NCBI GenBank assembly: GCA_036732085.1
Contig: DAINDC010000001.1
Location: 5,696-38,801, forward strand
DNA: 33,106 bases
Direction of reading: 5' to 3'
Origin: Fibrobacterota bacterium
Lineage (GTDB): Bacteria; Fibrobacterota; Fibrobacteria; UBA11236
Each line of letters opens with the position of its first letter. The first letter of the stretch is position 1. The position numbers were made by a program, and so were the translations under genes. The notes under the pieces are model-generated. The model was not told the origin of the DNA and searched no databases. It saw only the letters and a list, made by a program, of their open reading frames with translations. Positions 6,590 through 13,957 of this stretch are shown here, in pieces.

Positions 6590-8149
6590 ATGACGCTCGT
6601 GGAAACCTGGAAAAGACATCGCGACGATTTCCTTCCGAATCTCGCCTTCGTACTGCTTGCGGTCCTGGCCCTGCATGGCGCGCCCGTGCCCTATAATAAC
6701 GAGTGGCTTTACCAGCTCCACTTGATCACACAGTGGCATCCCCAATTCCTCCTCAACGATTGGACCTTCGCCTCCAACAGTCCCGAGCACCGGGTTTTCA
6801 ATACCTTGGTGGGCCCCATCACCCTCATCCTCTCGCCCACGGCCACCGCCTGGGTCGGGCGCGTCCTGGGCTGGCTGCTCAATGCCCTGGCCCTGTTCCG
6901 ATTGGGCGGGCGCTTCCATATCCCGCTGTGGATGATTTCCGCGTCCACGGTGCTCTGGCTCGCCCTGGGCCAATCCTTGGTGGGCGGGGAATGGGTGTTC
7001 GGGAGCTTCGAGGCCAAGGTCTTCGCCTATCCCTTCCTGTTCCTGGCCTTGGACGGATTCCTGGAAGGCAAGGTGTGGCGGACCGCCTTATGCATCGGCC
7101 TTTGCTTCAGCTTCCATCCCGCCGTGGGCATGTGGGCCGGCCTGGCCTTGGCCATGGCCCTGCCGTTCGCAGGCTGGCGCTTCCGTGATTGGTTGTTGTT
7201 CGCGGTCGTGGCCGGACTGGCGGCCCTGCCCGGAGCCTTGCCCCTGCTGCCCTTCATGGTGGGAGGCGATGGATCGATTCCGGAAGACTGGAAATTCATG
7301 GCCTTGGTCAATATGCCCCATCATCTCGATCCCTTCTCTTGGCCGATCCGGAACACCGTATCCGTCTATATCCTCTTCCTGATCAATGCCTGGCATGCCT
7401 ACCGCAATCGCCGGGACCGGCCCCTTCGTCTGCTGTTCCTCTTCCAGGCCGGCACCGCCCTCATCTTCACCGTAGGCATCGTGTTACGGTACACGGAAAG
7501 TTACGGGATCCTGAAGTTCATGCCCTTCAGGCTCTTCCCTTTGCTCACCCCGCTGTTCTTCTTTTTCGCCATGAGCCAGGCCTGGTGGCATGCGCGGAAA
7601 CGGCCCAGCCCGCGGATACTGGCCGCAGCGGCCCTGGCGGGTGTCCTGGTGGTGGGCAATCCCATCAAGAGCACCTACGATATCGTCCGGGAAAACCAGG
7701 GGGAATGGCTGCGCAAGGAGGACGGCTTCCCCGCGGCCGCGCGCTGGATGTCCATACATACGCCCCTGGGCGCCACCGCCATCATGCCTCCCTGGCGCGA
7801 CGAGGCTTGGTACCTGTCGCAACGCGGCATGATCGCGCATTACCGCTTCCATCCCTATGACAGGTTGGAGGAGTGGATGGAAAGGGTGCGGGAGCAGGTG
7901 GGCACGGTCGAACCGGGGAAGCCCCGGGAAAAACGCAAGGCCATCGAGGCCCATTACCTGGCCCTGACGCCGGGGGAAATCGCTACCCTCGCAGCCAAGT
8001 ACCATACCGGTTACCTAATCAGCGCGAGCGAATATCCGTTCCCGGAGCTGTTCCACTCAGGGGCTTGGCGGGTGTATGCCTTGAGTCCGGAGGCCGCGCA
8101 GGCGTCCGCGCAGGGGGATTCAACCGTCTTTAGAAAAACCTTCGAGTAA
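6590..8149 (+). CDS. Polytopic inner-membrane protein with C-terminal soluble domain; GT-C-like glycosyltransferase/polymerase candidate
   Basis: 519 aa. About 10 hydrophobic helices occupy the first ~350 aa, with an early loop motif PYNNEWLY, followed by a ~160-aa hydrophilic C-terminal domain. No specific family was recognised by eye. Confidence 0.7.
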   Translation: MTLVETWKRHRDDFLPNLAFVLLAVLALHGAPVPYNNEWLYQLHLITQWHPQFLLNDWTFASNSPEHRVFNTLVGPITLILSPTATAWVGRVLGWLLNALALFRLGGRFHIPLWMISASTVLWLALGQSLVGGEWVFGSFEAKVFAYPFLFLALDGFLEGKVWRTALCIGLCFSFHPAVGMWAGLALAMALPFAGWRFRDWLLFAVVAGLAALPGALPLLPFMVGGDGSIPEDWKFMALVNMPHHLDPFSWPIRNTVSVYILFLINAWHAYRNRRDRPLRLLFLFQAGTALIFTVGIVLRYTESYGILKFMPFRLFPLLTPLFFFFAMSQAWWHARKRPSPRILAAAALAGVLVVGNPIKSTYDIVRENQGEWLRKEDGFPAAARWMSIHTPLGATAIMPPWRDEAWYLSQRGMIAHYRFHPYDRLEEWMERVREQVGTVEPGKPREKRKAIEAHYLALTPGEIATLAAKYHTGYLISASEYPFPELFHSGAWRVYALSPEAAQASAQGDSTVFRKTFE

Positions 8150-9274
8150 TGAAAGCACATGGACCTTGGAATCAATGGGATAGTTTTCCGACCCCGGATA
8201 GACCAGGTGGACGGATTCCGGATTCAAGTCGGCAATCGCTGAATGAAGTCCTTTGCTGGGTTTGGGCGCAAGGGAGTGTTTCATTTCGTAAAGGATGGGA
8301 CGGTGATCCGGTCGGATTTCTACCAGGTCCACCTCGGCGCCTCCGGCCGTGCGATAAAAATAAAACTTCGAAAACGGCGAGGCGCGGCGGATGATTTGTT
8401 CGGCCGCAAAGCCCTCCCAGGATGCTCCCAGGGTGATATGCCCCATAAGCGCATCACTGCTCAATATATCGAGCGAATTATGCAGGAGTCCCGTATCCCG
8501 AAAATAGATCTTGGGCGACTTCACCAGGCGCTTCTTCACATTGGGAGCGTAAGGCTGGAGAACGCGCAGGATGAACGTGTTTTCCAAGATATCCAGATAG
8601 TGCTTTGCCGTGGGTGAAGTGATATCCATGCTTTGGGCGACTTTCTGGGCATTCCAGATTTGACCGTGAAAATGCGCCGTCATTTGCCAGAAACGCCTTA
8701 GCGCCGGGGCCGGAACCCGGATGCCGAGTTGCGGCAAATCCCGTTCCAAGAATGTCCGGACGAACGCGCTTCGCCATCGGAAACTTTCCTCATCACCGGC
8801 CGCCAGGTAACTGCGAGGATACCCACCGCGCAGCCAAAGTGAATCCATCCCATCCCGATCCGCACCCACCTCCTGCAAGGTCAGGGGAGGAAGCTCCAGG
8901 TACTCGATACGCCCGGCCAAGGATTCGGAACTTTGTTTCATCAGTTCGGGCGAGGAAGATCCCAGGATAAGGAAATGAAAACCGGATTGGTCGACGAGGA
9001 AACGCAGCAACGGGAATAATTCCGGCCTGCGTTGGATTTCATCTATGATGACCAATTTGCCCCGCTGCTTTTCCAAGTAGAGTTGAGGTTCGGAAAGCCG
9101 TCCCAAATCCTGGGGGTTTTCCAAATCCAAATGAACGTGATTCTCCGGAAAAACATCTTTCGCCAAGGTTTTTGCCAAGGTGGTTTTACCGACTTGACGG
9201 GAGCCAATTATCGCGCAGACGGGGAATTGTTCGAGGCTTTTTTTTAGGCCGGCCAAAAGCGCGCGCGATATCAT
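8120..9274 (-). CDS. AAA+ ATPase (AAA_14-type) with C-terminal DUF4143 domain
   Basis: Walker A IIGSRQVGKTTLAK and Walker B LVIIDEIQ are present. The C-terminal region contains ..GAEVDLVEI..ILYEMKHS.., which looks like a PD-(D/E)xK motif. I prefer ATG 9274 (MISRALLAGLKKSLEQFP..) over 9334. The gene is visibly AT-richer than its neighbours, and its 3' end overlaps the convergent gene by 30 nt. Confidence 0.85.
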   Translation of the reverse strand: MISRALLAGLKKSLEQFPVCAIIGSRQVGKTTLAKTLAKDVFPENHVHLDLENPQDLGRLSEPQLYLEKQRGKLVIIDEIQRRPELFPLLRFLVDQSGFHFLILGSSSPELMKQSSESLAGRIEYLELPPLTLQEVGADRDGMDSLWLRGGYPRSYLAAGDEESFRWRSAFVRTFLERDLPQLGIRVPAPALRRFWQMTAHFHGQIWNAQKVAQSMDITSPTAKHYLDILENTFILRVLQPYAPNVKKRLVKSPKIYFRDTGLLHNSLDILSSDALMGHITLGASWEGFAAEQIIRRASPFSKFYFYRTAGGAEVDLVEIRPDHRPILYEMKHSLAPKPSKGLHSAIADLNPESVHLVYPGSENYPIDSKVHVLSLLEGFSKDG

Positions 9275-9316
9275 CCTTGTAAATCTAAAGACTATCTTTA
9301 AATTTACAAGGATGAT
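9270..9316. repeat. 47-bp near-perfect palindrome (15-bp perfect arms ATCATCCTTGTAAAT / ATTTACAAGGATGAT plus a 6-bp inner stem and 3-nt loop)
   Basis: Read directly: arms at 9270-9284 and 9302-9316, inner stem 9286-9291 / 9295-9300, and a single mismatch at 9285/9301. The left arm contains the ATPase ATG (9274-9272). Confidence 0.9.
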
Positions 9317-9360
9317 TCTAAAATATCGGCGCAAATCCGCTCAATATACCTCAAAAACCC

Positions 9361-10707
9361 CTACACCCTCTCCTTGGCCAGGAAATCATCCACCAGGCCC
9401 ACCACCTCATTATTGTTCAAGGTCGCGCAGCGCAGCATGGACGTGTTCAGGATCTGGAAAGGCCGCTCCAGGGGCGGCGCAGCGCGGATCTCCCCGAGCG
9501 ACTCGCGGGCCAACGGCAAGGGCTGCACGAAGCGCGCGCGATGCACCGAATAGCTCACCAGATCCTTCTCCTGCGAGAAGTCCGGGAACAGCTTGGTCAA
9601 CCCGCCGCCCAGGAATTCCTTCAGCACCGCCTCGTCCGAATCCCCGAAGCGCGGGTCCTGGCTGTCGAGGTAACGCGGGAGGTACACCAGGCTGCGGCCC
9701 TTGGTCTCCTCGCCGCGGTCGATGAGGTTGGTCATCTCGATGAGGCCGGTGAGCCCCAGGTCCTCGCCGATATTGAGCACGTAATAGGGCGTGAGCGGCT
9801 TCCTGAGGACCAGTACCAGGCAGATGACCCCCAGGTAGGCCCGCGAGGTGGGATACCACTCCGCCATCCGTCGCGCATAGGGCTTGAGGTCGCCTTCCAC
9901 CATGCGTTCCGCGAGCGAGGTGGGCGCGGTGAAGAAGACCTGGTCGAAATCGAGCGCCTGATCGGGGCCTCCGTTGAGGGAGACCGTCACCTGGCAATGG
10001 GCCGCACGGCCATTGGCGGGGATGGAGCGGATGCCCTTGACCGCCGTGCCTAGATGGATCTCCGTGCCCGCCGCCGCCAGCGTCTTGGCGAAGCTGCCGA
10101 GGATGGCATGATAGCCGCCGCGCACATAGCCGAGGTTTTCCTGGTTCTTGCCGGCCGTGCGCGCGCCGAAGAGCCGGGTCAAGGTGGCCCAGATGAAGAC
10201 CGCGGCGATCTGATCGTGGAACGGCCCGAACTTGGCCTTGAGCAGGGGCAGCCAAAAGACCTCGTAGACCTTGCGGCCGCAGGTGCGGATGAGCCAGGCC
10301 TTGGCGGTGACGCCGTAGAGCTTGAAGGGATTCGCGAAGCGGGTGGCATAGAAAATGGCCGCGCCCAACCGTCCCTTGTCGAGCAGGGACAACAGGGGAA
10401 AGGCCAGGAAGTCGCGGTTGTTGCTCATGTCGTGGAACTTGCCGCGCGCATAATAACCGGTGCCGGTCGCCCGCCAGCGCAGGTCCCCTTCCAGTCCCAG
10501 TTCCTTGAGGAGGCCGATGAGCTTGCCGTCCTGCGGGAGGATGCAATGGTAGTAGCGGTCCCACGTGAACTCGCCGTAGTCCTGCGCGCAGGCGAGGCCG
10601 CCCAGCCCGCTCCCGGAGTCCAGGATATGGACCTGATGGCCCTGCTTTCCCAACCGATGCGCCAGGGTCAGCCCCAGCATGCCCGCGCCGACCACCGCAA
10701 CCTTCAT
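9361..10707 (-). CDS. FAD/NAD(P)-binding oxidoreductase (amine-oxidase / protoporphyrinogen-oxidase-like superfamily)
   Basis: 448 aa with the N-terminal dinucleotide fold MKVAVVGAGMLGLTLAHRLGKQGHQVHILDSGSGLGGLA. It is the last biosynthetic gene of the 16716->9361 operon. Confidence 0.85.
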   Translation of the reverse strand: MKVAVVGAGMLGLTLAHRLGKQGHQVHILDSGSGLGGLACAQDYGEFTWDRYYHCILPQDGKLIGLLKELGLEGDLRWRATGTGYYARGKFHDMSNNRDFLAFPLLSLLDKGRLGAAIFYATRFANPFKLYGVTAKAWLIRTCGRKVYEVFWLPLLKAKFGPFHDQIAAVFIWATLTRLFGARTAGKNQENLGYVRGGYHAILGSFAKTLAAAGTEIHLGTAVKGIRSIPANGRAAHCQVTVSLNGGPDQALDFDQVFFTAPTSLAERMVEGDLKPYARRMAEWYPTSRAYLGVICLVLVLRKPLTPYYVLNIGEDLGLTGLIEMTNLIDRGEETKGRSLVYLPRYLDSQDPRFGDSDEAVLKEFLGGGLTKLFPDFSQEKDLVSYSVHRARFVQPLPLARESLGEIRAAPPLERPFQILNTSMLRCATLNNNEVVGLVDDFLAKERV

Positions 10708-10713
10708 GTTACC

Positions 10714-11511
10714 CTACGGCCTTGCTTGCCGCTTCGGCTTTGTGGACCGGATCGGCCGAACCGGCCTTGGCGACCGAATCAGCTTTGCCGACCGGATTGA
10801 CCGTATCGGCCTTGGCGACCGGACCGTATCGGCCTTGGCGACCGTATCGGCCATATCGGCCTTGGCGGCTTTATCGGACTTGCGGCCCAAGGATTGGAGC
10901 AGGTTGTTCTTGATCGCATAGGTGCGACGGCAGCGGCTGCATTCGAGATCCGTCGCCGGGACCGCCTGGCCTTCGGTCAGGCGCAGGAGCGGATGGCCGC
11001 AGGCGCAGACCCAACCGCGATGCCGGGCCGGGTTGCCGAAGACGAGGCTGTAGGGCGCCACATCCGCCGCGACCACGGAGCCCATGCCCACCATGCAGAA
11101 CTCGCCGAGCTTGAGCCCGGGACCGATGGTGGCGTTGGCGCCCACGGTCACGCCTTTGCCCAGTTGGGTGAGCAAGGTCTCTTCCGTGGGATCCGAGGTT
11201 TCGAGGCCGGTCAGGTCCTCGTTGCCGGCGCGCGGGAAACGGTCGTTGGTGAAGACGACATGCGCGGACAGCATGCAGAAGTCGCCCACCTCCACGCCCG
11301 CGCAGACGTAGACGGACGCGTTGATCTTCACGAAGTCGCCGATGACCACGTCGTAAGCCACGTAGCTCTTCTCGCCCACGATGCAGTCATGGCCGATGCG
11401 CGCGCCGCGGCGGATATGCACGTTGTCCCAGACCTTGGCGCCCGCCCCGAGCGAGACGCCCTCTTCCACCAAGGCGGTGGGGTGGATGAAGGCGGGCTTG
11501 GGAACGCTCAT
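10714..11511 (-). CDS. Left-handed beta-helix (hexapeptide) N-acetyltransferase, WbpD/WlbB-like, with Cys4 ribbon and an unusual repeat tail
   Basis: Hexapeptide repeats run through MSVPKPAFIHPTALVEEGVSLGAGAKVWDNVHIRRGARIGHDCIVGEKSYV..., followed by GNPARHRGWVCACGHPL...LECSRCRRTY (CxC...CxxC). The ATG at 11511 overlaps the upstream stop as ATGA. The last ~50 codons lie in a DNA tandem repeat whose reading frame switches (see findings). Confidence 0.85.
   Translation of the reverse strand: MSVPKPAFIHPTALVEEGVSLGAGAKVWDNVHIRRGARIGHDCIVGEKSYVAYDVVIGDFVKINASVYVCAGVEVGDFCMLSAHVVFTNDRFPRAGNEDLTGLETSDPTEETLLTQLGKGVTVGANATIGPGLKLGEFCMVGMGSVVAADVAPYSLVFGNPARHRGWVCACGHPLLRLTEGQAVPATDLECSRCRRTYAIKNNLLQSLGRKSDKAAKADMADTVAKADTVRSPRPIRSIRSAKLIRSPRPVRPIRSTKPKRQARP
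10761..10869. repeat. Imperfect tandem repeat: four copies of the core CGGCCTTGGCG (full unit (A/C)(T/C)CGGCCTTGGCG(A/G)C)
   Basis: Copies lie at 10761-10775, 10805-10820, 10828-10843 and 10855-10869. The core-to-core spacings are 45, 23 and 27 nt, and only the 23 is not a multiple of 3. Confidence 0.85.
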
Positions 11512-12566
11512 GCGTTCACCAGGGGTTGGACGACGATGCCTCCCAGGAGGGAGCCGATGGGCAGCCACTTGTTGCGCGCGGCAGAATCGTAGGCGGTCTC
11601 GATGGCCTCCACCGATGCCAGCGCGTCCTGCGGGGTGATGAGGGGCATTTCGGTGCCGCGGATGGAGCCGACGAAATTCCGGAGCTGGCGGGTGAAGGCG
11701 TCCACCTTGTTATAGCCCTTGCCGAAGCTGACCCACTTGGAGCTGCCGTCCTGCTTGTACTTGGAGACGGACCAGCCGATGAGCAAGGTGCCTTCCGATC
11801 CGAACAGGGCGATATAGGTGTCCGATTCCTTGTTGATGCTCCAGCTCAAGTCAACCATGCCCATCACGCCGGAATGCGTGCGGAATTGGATCCGGACCGT
11901 ATCCTCCACGTCCAGGTTCTGGGCCGCGATGCCGTTCTGCACCTGGATCTCCTTGACGGGTCCCAGCAGGTAACGGGCGATGTCCACGGAATGGCAGCCG
12001 TTGTCGATGAGGACTCCTCCGCCGGAAACCTCCTTCTTGGCGTTCCAGCGATCCTGCATCGGGACCTTGCTGCAGAAGGTATTCTCGTACATGATGACAT
12101 TGCCCAGGATGCCGGATTGGAGGATGGCCTTGGCCTTGATCACGTCCTCCGCATAACGGAACTTGGAAGCCATCATGAGCTGGAGGTCTTTGGATTCCGC
12201 GAGCTTGATCAATTCGCGGGCTTCCCTGGAGGCTAGTGTCAGCGGCTTCTCGCAGAGCACGTGCTTGCCATTGTCGAGGAAGTACTTGGCCATCTGGAAA
12301 TGCAGGTTGGGCGGCGCGCAGATGATGACGGCATCGGCCAGCTTGAGCACATCGGGATCGCGGTAATCGAGCACGGCCTTGCAATGGTAACGTTCCGCGG
12401 TGGCGGCGCCCACCTCGGCGCGGGTCTCCACCACTATCGCCAGCTTGGACTCCTCCACGTTATGGAAGGCTTCCAGATGGCTCTGGGCGATGCGTCCGCA
12501 ACCGATCAGGGCGAAGCGCATGGGTCCTTTTTTCTCTCCCGCCGTCTTATCCGTCGATGCCGTCAT
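11508..12566 (-). CDS. Gfo/Idh/MocA-family NAD(P)-dependent sugar oxidoreductase (WbpB-like position)
   Basis: The Rossmann start is MRFALIGCGRIAQSHLEAF. I prefer ATG 12566 (MTASTDKTAGEKKGPMRF.., with AAGGAG 7 nt upstream); alternatives are 12521 and 12653. The TGA overlaps the next ATG. Confidence 0.85.
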   Translation of the reverse strand: MTASTDKTAGEKKGPMRFALIGCGRIAQSHLEAFHNVEESKLAIVVETRAEVGAATAERYHCKAVLDYRDPDVLKLADAVIICAPPNLHFQMAKYFLDNGKHVLCEKPLTLASREARELIKLAESKDLQLMMASKFRYAEDVIKAKAILQSGILGNVIMYENTFCSKVPMQDRWNAKKEVSGGGVLIDNGCHSVDIARYLLGPVKEIQVQNGIAAQNLDVEDTVRIQFRTHSGVMGMVDLSWSINKESDTYIALFGSEGTLLIGWSVSKYKQDGSSKWVSFGKGYNKVDAFTRQLRNFVGSIRGTEMPLITPQDALASVEAIETAYDSAARNKWLPIGSLLGGIVVQPLVNA

Positions 12567-12701
12567 GTCCCGTCTCCTTTGCTTTTCCTGCCGCCGCTTT
12601 GCTTTTCCTGACACCGGCCCCTCGGCCGATTCCCGTTTTGTTCCACTCATCAATCAATTTATTCCACCGGCCAAGTCAAGGGCGCAACCTGGAATCAGAT
12701 C

Positions 12702-13928
12702 TCAGGCCGTGAGCTTGCGCGCCGTCTCGCGGATGACGCCGCCGATATACTCCACGTGCTTGGGCTCGTACTTCTCGTTCCAAGGCAATACCACCACGCC
12801 CGCCAGCGCTTCCATGGTGCCCGGAGTCTCGAGGGCGTCATAGACGATGGCCGGTTCGCCCTTGCGATGTTCGCCTTCGTACGGGAACTTGCTCTTGCCG
12901 AAGGTGACCCGATCGCGGAGCACCTGGCATTCGAAGGCCGGCTTCTGGATATAGCGGGGCGCGCAGAACACGCCCGCCTCCTTGAGGCCCGCGCCGAACT
13001 TGTCCGCGCCGCCGTGAATGATCTTGGAATCGATGCGCAGCGGGTATTTCCAGAAGACATGATCGCCGCCGCGCGTGACGGTGGGGGCGTGGACGCCGGG
13101 AATGCCGGCGATGCGCTCGGTGAGATCGGCGGCCATGCGCTTGCGCTGATCGACCATATGCGGGAGCTTGGCCAGCTGGGCCAGGGCCACGGCGCCCACG
13201 AGTTCGGTCATGCGGTAGTTGAGGGCCAGGAAATAATGATCGGGGGCGGGATCGCCATAGCCCCAGGCCTTGTCGATGAAGAGCTTCATGCGGCGTCCGA
13301 GCGCGGCGTCCTGGGTCACCACCATGCCGCCTTCGCCCGTGGTCATATGCTTGCCCTGCTGGAGGCTGAAGCAGCCGATGTCGCCGAAGGTGCCCACGGG
13401 CTTGCCCTTGAAGTTGCAGAGGTAGGCCTGGGCGCAGTCCTCGATGACCTTGATGCCCTTGGGCTTGCACAGCGCCATGATGGCTTCCATATCGCAGGGA
13501 TTGCCGAATAAATGCGTGACGATCACGGCCTTGGTGCGGCGCGTGATCTTCTTGGCGATGGTCGCGGCGGTCACGTTGTAGGTGAGCGGATCCACGTCGG
13601 CGAAGACGGGGATGGCCGCCTGGTAGAGGATGGGGGTGATGGCGCCCATGTCCGTGATCGGCGTGCTGATGATCTCGTCGCCCGGCTCCGGATCGACGGC
13701 GGCCACGGCGGTATGGATGGCCGCGGTGCCGGAGGTGGTGGTCTTGCAGAAAGGCATGCCCATCAAGGCGGCGAAGCGTTTCTCGAATTCCAGGACCGCC
13801 GTGCCCTTGGTGCAATTGAGGACGCCGGAGTCGATGACTTTCTTGAGCTCGTCCATCTCCTCCTTGCCGAAGGAACGGCCGGTGGCATTCGCGTCGGAAG
13901 GCAATTCCATCTTATTTCCCTGGGTCAT
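12702..13928 (-). CDS. DegT/DnrJ/EryC1/StrS-family PLP-dependent sugar aminotransferase (WbpE-like position)
   Basis: Motifs are ..GKEEMDELKKVIDSGVLNCTKGTAVLEFEKRFA.. and the PLP-lysine context FSLQQGKHMTTGEGG. The start is trimmed to ATG 13928 (MTQGNKMELPSD, AAGGAA 6 nt upstream). The 509-aa longest ORF has a Pro/Gly/His/Arg-rich 101-codon extension. Confidence 0.9.
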   Translation of the reverse strand: MTQGNKMELPSDANATGRSFGKEEMDELKKVIDSGVLNCTKGTAVLEFEKRFAALMGMPFCKTTTSGTAAIHTAVAAVDPEPGDEIISTPITDMGAITPILYQAAIPVFADVDPLTYNVTAATIAKKITRRTKAVIVTHLFGNPCDMEAIMALCKPKGIKVIEDCAQAYLCNFKGKPVGTFGDIGCFSLQQGKHMTTGEGGMVVTQDAALGRRMKLFIDKAWGYGDPAPDHYFLALNYRMTELVGAVALAQLAKLPHMVDQRKRMAADLTERIAGIPGVHAPTVTRGGDHVFWKYPLRIDSKIIHGGADKFGAGLKEAGVFCAPRYIQKPAFECQVLRDRVTFGKSKFPYEGEHRKGEPAIVYDALETPGTMEALAGVVVLPWNEKYEPKHVEYIGGVIRETARKLTA

Positions 13929-13957
13929 ACGTGGTTCCTTTGCTGCGGTGTTAAAAG

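Noticed and set aside
6590-8149. The 519-aa membrane protein as the missing exosortase (EpsH/XrtA).
   Set aside because: Its large soluble C-terminal domain and overall helix pattern do not match my expectation for an exosortase, and I could not find an exosortase-like Cys/Arg/His motif arrangement. An HMM search is still needed.
9275-9334. The 20-codon N-terminal extension of the ATPase ORF (start at 9334), and the plus-strand ORF 9312-9725 that starts in the right palindrome arm.
   Set aside because: The extension (MRRYFRIILVNLKIVFRFTR) is simply the palindrome translated, whereas family members start close to the Walker A region. The plus-strand ORF is Pro/Arg/Ser-rich and antisense to the FAD oxidoreductase.
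10741-10880. The tandem repeat as a CRISPR array or minisatellite-type mobile element.
   Set aside because: The units are 18-27 nt and contiguous, with no spacers of unique sequence. They lie inside an ORF and encode a peptide repeat, so this is not CRISPR architecture.
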